Source: Longimicrobiales bacterium (GTDB lineage Bacteria; Gemmatimonadota; Gemmatimonadetes; Longimicrobiales; Gaopeijiaceae). Taken from it: a stretch of 64,000 nucleotides of DNA. The notes under the pieces are model-generated. The model did not search any database. It worked only from the letters and a program-made list of their open reading frames with translations, and was not told where the DNA came from. The stretch lies in contig CBDFIQ010000002.1 in NCBI GenBank assembly GCA_965248195.1, forward strand, positions 1,024,001 to 1,088,000, in the 5' to 3' direction. Each line of letters opens with the position of its first letter. The stretch's first letter is position 1. Positions 1 through 9,445 of the stretch are shown here, piece by piece. The translations under genes and the position numbers were made by a program.

Positions 1-5
1 ACTAC

Positions 6-824
6 GTGTCGGCCCTGGATCCGGATACGGGTGCGGAAACCGATTCGGACCGGACCGTCCGCGTCTCTGTGCCGTCCTTCTCTCCGCCACCCGTCCCTTC
101 GGGGTTGGAGGTGGTTGCGTTGGACGCCACGAACTACATCCTGTGGAATGACGACGCCCGCTCTGCTGATGACTTTTCCGCCTATCGGATCTACCTGCTG
201 TCCGATCAGGGCGCGACCCAGACCTTGCTGGGGCATTCGGACTCGCCGGGCTTTCTGGATGCCCTGGCGGAGAACGGCGTGACCTCCAGCTATGCGGTGT
301 CCTCTGTCGACCTCTTTGGGCATGAAAGTGATACGAGTGGCAGTGCGCAAGGGACGCCTCGCCCCGATTTCACGGGTGAATTGGTGTACTCCTTCGTGGA
401 TCAGCCGGACTTATCCGGATTCCGCTTTTCAGATTCCGATCAGCTGGATCCGGTCGTGTCCGGCGGGTCTCTCACAAGGCATTTTCGCCTTGAAACGGAC
501 GCATTGGGGTCGTGGCTCGTCCCCGGGCCTTCGGCAGAAGTATTCCCAGAGGGTGTGTTGACGACCGAGCTCAAATGTGGGGTCGCCGCCGACGCTCAGT
601 GCCAGGAATGGACGACTGCACCGTTATCGGGGTACAGCGCCGTTGAGATTCCGGTTGAGCCCGAGTTCACCTACATGTGGCGCGTATTCGAGGGTGACGG
701 TGCGGCACGCTTTGGGGCGATCCGTGTGACCTTGCTAGGAACCGACCAATCCGGGGCCGCGCTCATGATCTTCGACTGGGCGTACCAACTCCAAGGAGGG
801 AATCCCCAGCTGGTCATACGCTGA
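6..824 (+). CDS. Hypothetical protein with a fibronectin type III-like segment, probably 5'-truncated by the window edge
   Basis: Open frame from the window start; FnIII-like pattern PPVPSGLEV..ILW..YRIY..YAVSSVD.FG.ES. Confidence 0.55.
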   Translation: MSALDPDTGAETDSDRTVRVSVPSFSPPPVPSGLEVVALDATNYILWNDDARSADDFSAYRIYLLSDQGATQTLLGHSDSPGFLDALAENGVTSSYAVSSVDLFGHESDTSGSAQGTPRPDFTGELVYSFVDQPDLSGFRFSDSDQLDPVVSGGSLTRHFRLETDALGSWLVPGPSAEVFPEGVLTTELKCGVAADAQCQEWTTAPLSGYSAVEIPVEPEFTYMWRVFEGDGAARFGAIRVTLLGTDQSGAALMIFDWAYQLQGGNPQLVIR

Positions 825-846
825 ACATCCCCGGGTCGGGGAACTG

Positions 847-884
847 CGCCCGCGGTAGCCTCGGCTGCCGCGGGCGTTGCATTT
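847..884 (+). terminator. GC-rich hairpin, putative intrinsic terminator
   Basis: CGCCCGCGGTAGCC / GGCTGCCGCGGGCG inverted repeat (one G.U) followed by TTGCATTT, just after the stop at 824. Confidence 0.5.
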
Positions 885-906
885 GGGTTTTGACCCTCTC
901 TATCAT
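877..906 (+). promoter_or_regulatory. sigma70-like promoter
   Basis: TTGCAT-18 nt-TATCAT, ending 6 nt before ATG 913. Confidence 0.45.
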
Positions 907-912
907 GTGAAC

Positions 913-1851
913 ATGGTTCCCGTTCTCGAAGCAGTGCCCAATTTTAGCGAAGGGCAGGATCTCGGGTGGATCCAGGAGTTGGTCCAGGTCATCGCCGGGG
1001 AGGGAGTCGAGGTGATCGATTGGACTGCGGATGGGGACCACCATCGATCCGTCGTCACTTACATCGGAGATCCGGAGAGTGTCGAAGCCGCCTCGATAGC
1101 GGCCGCCCGCTTCGCTAGTGAGGGAATCGACCTACGGACCCACGAGGGGCTTCACCCCCGGATCGGTGCTCTGGATGTGCTGCCTTTCGTGCCGGTACAC
1201 GACCTGACCATGGACTCGGCTGTAGAGAGTGCGCGGCGGGTTGGGAGCCGGCTGGCCGCGGAAGGTGTTCCCGTCTATTTCTACGGAGAAGCGCGGACCC
1301 CTTCGCGATCCGACCGATCGCTCGCCGCAATACGGCGGGGCGGGTTCGAAGCTCTCCGCGGGGGGTTCCCGCCAGGCCGGGAGCCGGACCTGACCGCTCC
1401 CCAGTGGCCGGGCCGACCACATCCGACCGCCGGCGCAACGTGCGTGGGTGCGCGTCGTGTATTGTTGGCGTGGAACGTCTTCGTGGAAGGGATGTCCCTC
1501 GAGGCCCTTGGCGCTGTCGCCACGGGGCTCCGTGAATCCGGAGGTGGGTTCAGGCATCTGCGGGTGTTGGCGTTGGAACTTCCCGGGTCCGGACGGCTCC
1601 AGATCTCCATGAACCTCGAAGATCCTGAGGCCACATCTCCCTACGATGTGTTCGACGCGATTGAACAACGTGTTGAGTCGAGGGGCGGGCAGGTCATTGA
1701 GACCGAGGTCATCGGGATGATTCCCGATCCCCTTGTGCTTCCGGCTACTGGAGACAGATTTAGACTCCTTGATCCGGGCGAATCCCGTCTTCTCTCTCGT
1801 CGCGTGTCAGAGTATGTGTCTACCCGGGGGATAGGTCAGACGCCAGTATGA
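913..1851 (+). CDS. ftcd: Glutamate formiminotransferase (FTCD N-terminal part, no cyclodeaminase domain)
   Basis: Motifs EAVPNFSEG, DHHRSVVT, HPRIGALDVLPFVP, HPTAGATCVGAR, QISMNL. Confidence 0.9.
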   Translation: MVPVLEAVPNFSEGQDLGWIQELVQVIAGEGVEVIDWTADGDHHRSVVTYIGDPESVEAASIAAARFASEGIDLRTHEGLHPRIGALDVLPFVPVHDLTMDSAVESARRVGSRLAAEGVPVYFYGEARTPSRSDRSLAAIRRGGFEALRGGFPPGREPDLTAPQWPGRPHPTAGATCVGARRVLLAWNVFVEGMSLEALGAVATGLRESGGGFRHLRVLALELPGSGRLQISMNLEDPEATSPYDVFDAIEQRVESRGGQVIETEVIGMIPDPLVLPATGDRFRLLDPGESRLLSRRVSEYVSTRGIGQTPV

Positions 1852-1861
1852 GTGCCGCTTT

Positions 1862-3466
1862 GTGAGCAGTATTGAACATCTGAAAGAAGAGGCTCGGCGC
1901 TTCGAACAAGACGAGCAGTGGGGGCAAGCCTTGGATCTCTACAGCAAGGCCATCGACCAGTTGACGGCCGCGGACACGCCCGATATCGCACTGTTTAATC
2001 GGTCTGGCGACTTGGCGACCAAGATCGGGAGCGCTGCCCAGGCCGTGTCGTTCTATGAACGTGCCGTAGACTATTATATGGACGCGGGGCTCCCCAATAA
2101 CGCTGTCGCCGTTTGCAAGAAGGTGATGCGAAACCTCCCTGATCGACACAGCATCCACCTCAAGATGGGACAGATCCGGGCCGCGCAGGGCTTCCTAACC
2201 GATGCGCGCACGAGTTTCATAACCTACGCCGAGAGGGTGCAGGCCGCCGGAGATCTCGACGAGGCCTTTCGGGCCTTGATAGAGTTCGTCAAGCTGGCCC
2301 CCGACGACCATGAGATGTGCATGATGCTTGCGGGCCAACTCGAACAGAATGATCGGGCCGACGAGGCGCTTACCCAGTATGTCGGAGCGTATCGCATCCT
2401 GCAGCGGAAGGGTTTGGGCGACCTCGCCGAAACCGCCGCTACGAGGGTCCGGAAGTTGGATCCCCAGCTGGACCTGGAGCAAGCCGCGGCGGACCCGTCC
2501 TTTGGGCGGGGCGCCGACTTTGGAGATGAGGGGGAAGTTGCGAAGGATGGGCAGTCACCCGATGGCGGAGGTGAGCCAGAGATTATCGGTCCTGTTGATC
2601 TACCCTTGATGTCGTTTGACGACGACGAGGACGATGCCGCCGAGGCCGCGGACGAGGCTGCAGGGGCAGCCGCGACCCAGGCCGCCCAGGAAGCTGCCGC
2701 TGAGGAGGCTGCTGCTGAGGCTGCCGACAAGGAAAAGGCCGCTGTGGCTGCCGCGGCTAAGGCTGCGGAGGAGGCCGTGGCGACCAGGGCTGCAGACGAA
2801 GCCGCCGGGGCAAGGGCCGCCGAGGAAGCTGCTGCCAAGGCGGCCGCGGAGGCCGCCGACACGGCCGCGAGGGAGTCTCTGAGTGTTTCGAGTGGGGATC
2901 GCGAATCCGAAGCCACGACGGAGGCCCCCCCGGGGGAGGGGTACGTGGACCTCGCTGCCGTGCTTCTTGGCGAGGAGTTACAAACCGGGGAAAAGTCGAC
3001 CCGTTTCGTCGTGCCGTATGAAGAGCCGACCGGTGACGATCAGGCGGACTTCGACAGGATGTTGACGCAGTTCCGGGAGAAGGTGTCGGAAAACATCGAT
3101 ACGGGCGATGCGACGGCCCATTACGACCTCGGCACCGCATACATGGAGATGGGCCTGCTGGACGAGGCGATCGGTGAGTTCCAGGTGGTGTTACAGGGTA
3201 CTTCAGACCATCTTGCGACCTATGAGATGCTTGGCCAGGCGTTCCTGCAGAAAAACGAGCCGGAGGCCGCGCTTCAATCCCTCCAGCGTGGGCTCGACGC
3301 CCCTTGTGAGGTCGAGGAGGAGCGCGTGGGCATCTACTATTACATCGGGTTGGCGCATGAGACGATTGGCGACAAGGAGACTGCGTTGGGGTTTTACGAC
3401 AGGGTTTTCGCAATCGATATCAATTTTGCGGATGTCACCGAGCGCCTCCGGGCCCTCCGCAGTTAA
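1862..3466 (+). CDS. TPR-repeat protein with Ala/Glu-rich linker and C-terminal TPR domain
   Basis: N-terminal TPR helices; C-terminal AHYDLGTAYMEMGLLDEAIGEFQ; central low-complexity A/E/K region. Confidence 0.8.
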   Translation: MSSIEHLKEEARRFEQDEQWGQALDLYSKAIDQLTAADTPDIALFNRSGDLATKIGSAAQAVSFYERAVDYYMDAGLPNNAVAVCKKVMRNLPDRHSIHLKMGQIRAAQGFLTDARTSFITYAERVQAAGDLDEAFRALIEFVKLAPDDHEMCMMLAGQLEQNDRADEALTQYVGAYRILQRKGLGDLAETAATRVRKLDPQLDLEQAAADPSFGRGADFGDEGEVAKDGQSPDGGGEPEIIGPVDLPLMSFDDDEDDAAEAADEAAGAAATQAAQEAAAEEAAAEAADKEKAAVAAAAKAAEEAVATRAADEAAGARAAEEAAAKAAAEAADTAARESLSVSSGDRESEATTEAPPGEGYVDLAAVLLGEELQTGEKSTRFVVPYEEPTGDDQADFDRMLTQFREKVSENIDTGDATAHYDLGTAYMEMGLLDEAIGEFQVVLQGTSDHLATYEMLGQAFLQKNEPEAALQSLQRGLDAPCEVEEERVGIYYYIGLAHETIGDKETALGFYDRVFAIDINFADVTERLRALRS

Positions 3467-3511
3467 ACTCCTCGACCCTCGATCGATGCCAACGCCGAAT
3501 CCCGTGGCCCT

Positions 3512-4522
3512 GTGATGGAAGCGGCTCCGAGTTCTGTTCTGAGGGGCTCCCCTCCGAATCTGTCTTCGGTACAAGATCTCGTTGCCGATCGGCTCGAGGA
3601 GGTCCAAGGTGCTCTGAAGCGCATCATCATCTCGGACTTCGATCTGATCGAGGAGATCAACGAATACCTGCTCCTTATGCGCGGCAAACTCTTTCGTCCT
3701 ACGCTGCTCCTTCTCAGCGACAAAGTCGGGGGAAACGCGTCGGACGATGCGATCACGCTCGCCGCCGTTGTGGAGTTGGTTCACCTCGCGACGCTCGTCC
3801 ATGACGATGCTGTCGACCACAGCGTTTTGCGGCGTGGCCTCCCTACGGTAAACGCGCTCTGGACGCACCAGATCGCGATCATCATGGGGGATTACCTGTA
3901 CAGTCGCTCGGTCACGGAGCTTACGCGGCTCGGACGGCTGGATGCGGTAGCCGTGCTCGCGAGCGCCGCCAACGAGATGAGCATCGGTGAGATGCGGCAA
4001 CTCACATCCTACGATGCGCTCGAGTTCACCGAGTCCGACTACAATCGGCTCATCGCGGCGAAGACGGCTTCGTTGATGTCTGCGGCCTGTGAAATGGGAG
4101 CTCTCGCCGGGGCGAATGAGTATCGAAAACCGCTCGCACGGTTTGGGTATGATCTGGGCATGGCCTTCCAGATTGCCGATGACCTATTGGACTACACCGG
4201 AACGGAGGCCGTCACGGGAAAGCCGTCCGGGCAAGATTTGAGAGAGCGCAAAGTGACACTTCCTCTGATCGGCGCCTTGAGGAACGTGTCTGAGGTGGAG
4301 TCGCGTGAGATTCGGGATTTTTTCACGCTGGTGGAGGCGGCCGACGAAGACATCGATCGTGTGATCGAAATCGTGCAGAACCGCGGCGGATTGGATTACG
4401 CGAATGCGCGGGCGGATCTGTACGCAAGGCGTGCCGGGGAGGCACTCGGCAGCCTTCCGCCGGATCCTGCCGTGGAAGCGCTCAGGGACGCCGTTGCCTA
4501 CGCCGTCGCGCGTGATCGCTGA
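3512..4522 (+). CDS. Polyprenyl diphosphate synthase (IspB/HepT-like)
   Basis: GKLFRP, LVHDDAVD..LRRG, KTA and FQIADDLLD motifs. Confidence 0.93.
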   Translation: MMEAAPSSVLRGSPPNLSSVQDLVADRLEEVQGALKRIIISDFDLIEEINEYLLLMRGKLFRPTLLLLSDKVGGNASDDAITLAAVVELVHLATLVHDDAVDHSVLRRGLPTVNALWTHQIAIIMGDYLYSRSVTELTRLGRLDAVAVLASAANEMSIGEMRQLTSYDALEFTESDYNRLIAAKTASLMSAACEMGALAGANEYRKPLARFGYDLGMAFQIADDLLDYTGTEAVTGKPSGQDLRERKVTLPLIGALRNVSEVESREIRDFFTLVEAADEDIDRVIEIVQNRGGLDYANARADLYARRAGEALGSLPPDPAVEALRDAVAYAVARDR

Positions 4523-4548
4523 TGCCGCAGATTCGTCGTCAATAAGGC

Positions 4549-4827
4549 ATGCTAGTCGATACGTACCGGCGGAATATCAGACGCCTGATGTGGACGCAGG
4601 CTCTCGGACTTCTGCTCGGTGGCTTGCTTACTCAACTCGCTCAGTCGTTTCTTCCGGCGAGCCCCGCCAAAACCTTTCTGACGATGGCGGTGGAGGCCTC
4701 GGTTGGGCCGCTGTCCATCGATCTGGTGGTATTCGCGTTCACGATCGGCCCCCTGACCCTCAGTCTGAATGTGTTAACATTGGTGGGGATTGCGATCGTG
4801 GCCTTTATCGTTCGATCCTGGATCTGA
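4549..4827 (+). CDS. Small membrane protein (DUF4321-like)
   Basis: 92 aa with hydrophobic segments and a GPLSIDLVVFAFTIG.LTLSLN pattern. Confidence 0.6.
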   Translation: MLVDTYRRNIRRLMWTQALGLLLGGLLTQLAQSFLPASPAKTFLTMAVEASVGPLSIDLVVFAFTIGPLTLSLNVLTLVGIAIVAFIVRSWI

Positions 4828-4859
4828 TTTAGGAACGGACGTCGAACGGAGGATTTATC

Positions 4860-5267
4860 ATGGGACTCGGTGGACTCGGCATGTGGGAGATGATCATGAT
4901 CTTCCTAGTGGTCCTCCTCCTTTTTGGGGCGAAGCGGCTTCCGGAAATCGGTTCGTCCTTGGGCAAGGGGATACGGGAGTTCAAAGGTTCGATCAAAGAG
5001 ATCGAAAAAGAGGTCAAAGCAGTGGGCGACGAGCTCCCACGGGACGCGGTGCCTCCGGCATCGGATCCCTCGGATGAACCGGAGGAGGGACCCAGGCGAT
5101 TGACGACGACGCCGGGGCCTGATTCAGGCATGAGTCAGCCTGGGGGCGTCCCCACGCAAGAGGACCCGAATCAGGATGGGCCGGGGGTGGAAGGGTTGGA
5201 GGCGGAAGGGCTGGCGGAGGAAGGGTCTGAGGAGGAAAAGGAGGAGGAGGAGGTCCCGAAGGGGTAG
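4860..5267 (+). CDS. tatA: Twin-arginine translocase TatA/E with long acidic C-terminal tail
   Basis: GMWEMIMIFLVVLLLFGAKRLPEIGSSLGKGIREFK; SD GGAGG upstream. Confidence 0.93.
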   Translation: MGLGGLGMWEMIMIFLVVLLLFGAKRLPEIGSSLGKGIREFKGSIKEIEKEVKAVGDELPRDAVPPASDPSDEPEEGPRRLTTTPGPDSGMSQPGGVPTQEDPNQDGPGVEGLEAEGLAEEGSEEEKEEEEVPKG

Positions 5268-5323
5268 GGCAAGGCTTCAGCGTAAGGGCCTAGCGCGCCT
5301 CGCCCCACTTCTTCAACAGGCCT

Positions 5324-7153
5324 CTAAAAGCCGAAACCTCCCGGCAGTTGTTGAACGTCCGCCGGATCGACGTTCAAAACTTCATCCCTTCGGTCGATGA
5401 TACGAGCTACTTCGCGAAGGCCCTGGAGCCAGTCCTGCAGGCGGCTTTCTTGGGCAACCCCGAGCAATTCATCCCGTAGCACCACCCGTTGGCCCTCGAA
5501 GGCGGTGGAATCTGCTGCGAAGTAGTCGGCCAACTCGATGATGAAGACGTTGTTGTTGGCCTCCACCGCACCGCTCACTTGGCCAATGTTCAGGCCGAAT
5601 CCTGCCCCCACGGCCGCATTCAGCCGCCCGATGCCGGGAACGAAGTCTACGCGGGCGTACGGCCCGGCAGTCTGGATCTCCAGGCTTTTTTGTTCCGCAA
5701 TATCCGCTAGGCTTGCTCCCGCCCGAACCCGCGCGACGATCTCCTCCCCCTCGCCCTTGGCTCGTTCCACCTTCTTCTCGGCTCTCACCGTTTGCTCAAT
5801 GGACCCACTGGCGTCGGCCAGCGAGATTGCCCCCGCCTCCCGGATTTCGGCGAGTTCGAGCATATAGAATGCCTGCCTCGTCTCGAGGACGGCGCTGACG
5901 TCTCCAACCAAAGCTTCTTCGAAGGCCCAGTCGGAGCCCTCTCCTACTTGCCCGGCGCCGGCAACGAATGCGAATTCACCGCTCAGATATGCGGTCTCAA
6001 CACCGAGGCTCAGAGTCAAAGCCGCCTCTGCCAATGTGCGTGACTCGCCAAGCGCCTCCAGCGAGTCGGCAAGCGTGAGGAGCGCGAGTTCAGACTCCTC
6101 GGTGCGGGCAAAGGGAACGAGGATATGCCGGGCCTGAACACTGTCTTCCGTCTGTTGCAGTACTTCGATCACGTGGTAGCCGAAGGGGGTCCTCACCGGC
6201 TCCGTGAGCTCGCTTACGGTCGCCGCGAAGGCCACATCGGAGAACTCCTCGGGCATCCTCTCCCTCGTAAACCAGCCCAGGTCTCCCGACCCGGCTCCGA
6301 CTCCAGGCCGACCTAACATGTCCTCGAAATCGGCCCCTTCGATGATCTCTTGCCTCAGCCCAGCGGCAAGTTCTCCCATAGCCACGGTGTCTTCGGGTGT
6401 TGGAGTCTTGTCGATAATAACCGCCCGGACCGTGGCCTGCGCCGGGAGCGCGAACTCTTCTTCGTGTTCGTCGTAGTAGTCCCTCACCTCCGCGGGCGTC
6501 ACGGCTATCATCGAATCGGCAACCCGTTGGGCGGGATTGAGAGCGAGGTAACGGACCGAGATCCGTTCGTTGCGGTCACGGTATTCATCCCAGAGGGCGG
6601 CATCGGTGACGTAAAGGTCGGACGACACCTGGCGCATCAGTTTGCTCCGGGGGATCACGTCCCGGTAATAGGCCTCCAGTTGGAGGAGCATCAGATCGTC
6701 GATGGTGGGAGAGGCCAGGAACGCCTGGTACTTCTGGATATCGAACGATCCGTCCGTTTGAAACGCCGGATTGAATTGGAACTCCGGCGGTGGACTGAAA
6801 CGTGCGGCGTTCAGTAACTCGTCATCCGTCACCACGATCCCTCGGCGCGTCAGCTCCTGACGGATTAGGACCTGATTGACGACCTCGTCCCATGCCGCGT
6901 CCTCCAGGTCACTGATCTGTTGGCTCGTGATGGGATCCTCCTGCGAAGCCTGAATCTGATCGAAAAGCGAGCGGTAGGTCTGATTGAATGAGTCGTACAT
7001 CACCGGCGTGCCGTTGACGCTACCGATTTCCCCGATAGAGAGGCCGCTTCGCCCTGTGATGTCCATTCCCCACTGGAAAAACATGAGCCCCACGAAGGCC
7101 GTCGCGGTCACCAGCATGATCCACTTCGTGTTCTCCCGCATTTGACGCATCAT
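5324..7153 (-). CDS. ppiD: PpiD/SurA-like membrane-anchored periplasmic chaperone and parvulin PPIase
   Basis: N-terminal TM after MMRQMRENTK; SurA-N-like helical region; parvulin motifs GDLGWF..MPEEF..PVRTPFGYHVI and VQARHILV. Confidence 0.85.
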   Translation of the reverse strand: MMRQMRENTKWIMLVTATAFVGLMFFQWGMDITGRSGLSIGEIGSVNGTPVMYDSFNQTYRSLFDQIQASQEDPITSQQISDLEDAAWDEVVNQVLIRQELTRRGIVVTDDELLNAARFSPPPEFQFNPAFQTDGSFDIQKYQAFLASPTIDDLMLLQLEAYYRDVIPRSKLMRQVSSDLYVTDAALWDEYRDRNERISVRYLALNPAQRVADSMIAVTPAEVRDYYDEHEEEFALPAQATVRAVIIDKTPTPEDTVAMGELAAGLRQEIIEGADFEDMLGRPGVGAGSGDLGWFTRERMPEEFSDVAFAATVSELTEPVRTPFGYHVIEVLQQTEDSVQARHILVPFARTEESELALLTLADSLEALGESRTLAEAALTLSLGVETAYLSGEFAFVAGAGQVGEGSDWAFEEALVGDVSAVLETRQAFYMLELAEIREAGAISLADASGSIEQTVRAEKKVERAKGEGEEIVARVRAGASLADIAEQKSLEIQTAGPYARVDFVPGIGRLNAAVGAGFGLNIGQVSGAVEANNNVFIIELADYFAADSTAFEGQRVVLRDELLGVAQESRLQDWLQGLREVARIIDRRDEVLNVDPADVQQLPGGFGF

Positions 7154-7259
7154 GAGACGGCAACTCCTCGGCAAGTCCGCTACTGGATCACATCCGCGTG
7201 ATCATACCCGAAAAGGCGATGAAAGGTAATGGTCGGTATGGGGCTCCTTCAACCTCTCG

Positions 7260-7289
7260 TTGACACGATTTCGGCGTAATCAGTATCTT
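7260..7289 (+). promoter_or_regulatory. sigma70-like promoter for the TPR/aroQ/efp/acc cluster
   Basis: TTGACA-18 nt-TATCTT. Confidence 0.55.
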
Positions 7290-7352
7290 CCTCGCGTCTA
7301 CGGTCCTGTAATGGCGCCCCTCGCTTTTTCCAGCTCGTCCAGGGAGTTCGGT

Positions 7353-8375
7353 GTGTCGGAGTCTCTGAATCAACAGATCGAACGACTAGAAGAGATCTAC
7401 AAGTCGGAATTGGACCCGAAGGGGAGGGCGTTCGTGCCTCTGGCGGATGCCCATCGCCGGCTCGGCGATCTCGGTAAGGCGCTGGCCGTTCTTCAAGAAG
7501 GGCTTGAAAGACATCCCGATTTCGCCTCCGCCCATATGGTGGCAGGCTGGGTGCACCGCTCCCGGGAAGAGCCGGACGATGCCATGTCCTCGTTCGAGCG
7601 GGTCCTGGCGTTGGACGCAGGGAACACGCTCGCGCGGGCTGCCATCGCTGAGTTGATCGATGATCAACGGGCTCAGACCTATCGGGACAAGGTGGCGGCC
7701 AGGGGCGCGGCCGAGTCGGCAGCCGCGCCCACGGCTGAAGCTGAACGTCCGGTCGTGACGATCGCTTCGCTGGCACCGGAGGTGCCGGACGAGGACGCCC
7801 GTCCCGTGGTGTTGATCGCTTCGCTGGCACCGGGAGCTCCGGCTGAAACCATGGCTGTGGCCGATGCGGCGCCCGAAGTGGTGCGCGAGGTTGAGGTTGG
7901 CCCGGTGGTACCGATCGCTGCGCTGGCGCCGGCAGCTCCGGCTGAAACCATGACTGTGGCCGATGCGGCGCCCGAAGTGGTGCGCGAGGTTGAGGTTGGC
8001 CCGGTGGTACCGATCGCTGCGCTGGCCCCGGGAGGAGCCCCGGGGGCGCCGGACGAGGACGGGCCTCCCGGGGTTCCTGTTCGATCGCTGGCACCCGACG
8101 TACGCGACGACGTTCCGGGCGACCTGGTGCCGGGCAGCAGAGAGATATACACGGAAACGCTTGCCGAGCTATATGCGGGTCAGGGCGCTACCGACAAGGC
8201 GATCGAGGTTTACCAGAGGCTGATCGCGAATGATCCGGATAACGAAGAATTGAGCAGGCGGCTGACGGAGCTGCAAACCCTCGAGCCAGGCTCCGATGGT
8301 CAAACGGTTCCGATAGAGTCGCTTGCGCCGGACGGGACGCCGGATGACTCGTTTCCGTCGATGAACCGGTTCTGA
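7353..8375 (+). CDS. TPR protein with internal tandem repeats
   Basis: GTG after SD AGGGAG; TPR motifs FVPLADAHRRLGD and TETLAELYAGQG. Confidence 0.8.
   Translation: MSESLNQQIERLEEIYKSELDPKGRAFVPLADAHRRLGDLGKALAVLQEGLERHPDFASAHMVAGWVHRSREEPDDAMSSFERVLALDAGNTLARAAIAELIDDQRAQTYRDKVAARGAAESAAAPTAEAERPVVTIASLAPEVPDEDARPVVLIASLAPGAPAETMAVADAAPEVVREVEVGPVVPIAALAPAAPAETMTVADAAPEVVREVEVGPVVPIAALAPGGAPGAPDEDGPPGVPVRSLAPDVRDDVPGDLVPGSREIYTETLAELYAGQGATDKAIEVYQRLIANDPDNEELSRRLTELQTLEPGSDGQTVPIESLAPDGTPDDSFPSMNRF
7836..8033 (+). repeat. 99-bp (33-aa) intragenic tandem duplication
   Basis: Two near-identical copies starting at 7836 and 7935 (APAETM.VADAAPEVVREVEVGPVVPIAALAP). Confidence 0.95.
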
Positions 8376-8407
8376 AGGCCTGAACAGGCCTCGAAGGAGA
8401 CCACTTC

Positions 8408-8845
8408 GTGCGCATCGCACTCATCCACGGTCCCAACCTCAGCCTGCTCGGGAGTCGGGAACCCGAGGTCTACGGAACCGACTCGTTGGACGATATCAAC
8501 GGTGCCGTAGAATCGCTGGGCTCCGAGTTGGGAGTGGAGGTCGAGACCTTCCAGTCCAACTCGGAGGGAGCCATTCTCGACTTCCTGGAGGAGGCCGCCC
8601 AGCGGGTCGAGGGCTTCTTGATCAACCCAGGGGGGCTGACCCACACGAGCGTGGCCCTGCGTGACGGGCTCGTGGCGGTGGGGCTCCCGTTCGTGGAGGT
8701 TCACCTCTCAAACACGATGGCCCGTGAGCGTTTCCGGCGCCATTCCTATCTCTCGCCGGTAGCCGCCGGGGTGGTTCTAGGTTTTGGATCTCAGGGCTAT
8801 CTTCTAGCGCTTAGAGGGCTCGTGGCCCGGATCACCGGCGAGTAG
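8408..8845 (+). CDS. aroQ: Type II 3-dehydroquinate dehydratase
   Basis: HGPNLSLLGSREPEVYG, QSNSEG, INPGGLTHTSVALRD, EVHLSN. Confidence 0.96.
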   Translation: MRIALIHGPNLSLLGSREPEVYGTDSLDDINGAVESLGSELGVEVETFQSNSEGAILDFLEEAAQRVEGFLINPGGLTHTSVALRDGLVAVGLPFVEVHLSNTMARERFRRHSYLSPVAAGVVLGFGSQGYLLALRGLVARITGE

Positions 8846-8878
8846 CGCCCCCTAATTCTCATCGACTGACAAGGTGTT

Positions 8879-9445
8879 ATGGCCTCGACCGCGGACTTTC
8901 GAAACGGCTTGGTGCTGGATATTGATGGCCAGCTCTGGACCATCATTTACTTCCAACATGTGAAGCCTGGTAAGGGCGGTGCCTTCGTCCGGACGAAGAT
9001 CAAGAACGTTCTCACCGGTTCGGTGGTGGACAAGACGTATCGCGCGGGGGAGAAGGTGACCGACGTGCGACTGGAGCGGCGCCCGGTGTCGTACAGTTAT
9101 TCGGACGGGCAGCTCTACCACTTCATGGACCAACAGACCTATGAGATGATCCCGATCGCTGGCGACCTGCTCGGTGAAGACCAGCTCAGGTACCTGAAGG
9201 AGAACATGGAGTGCGAGGGCCTGGTCCACGACGGCAGGGTCATCAGTGTCGAACTCCCTCAGTTCGTGGAGTTGGTGGTCACCCAGACCGACCCCGGTTT
9301 CAAGGGGGACACGGCCCAGGGCGGCACGAAACCCGCAACTCTGGAAACCGGCGCCGTAATTCAGGTGCCGCTGTTTATCGAACAGGGCGAGGTGGTCAAG
9401 GTGGACCGCCGGGAAGAGAAGTATTTGACCCGAGCGTCGTCATGA
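8879..9445 (+). CDS. efp: Elongation factor P
   Basis: [28 protein letters not shown]. Confidence 0.97.
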   Translation: MASTADFRNGLVLDIDGQLWTIIYFQHVKPGKGGAFVRTKIKNVLTGSVVDKTYRAGEKVTDVRLERRPVSYSYSDGQLYHFMDQQTYEMIPIAGDLLGEDQLRYLKENMECEGLVHDGRVISVELPQFVELVVTQTDPGFKGDTAQGGTKPATLETGAVIQVPLFIEQGEVVKVDRREEKYLTRASS

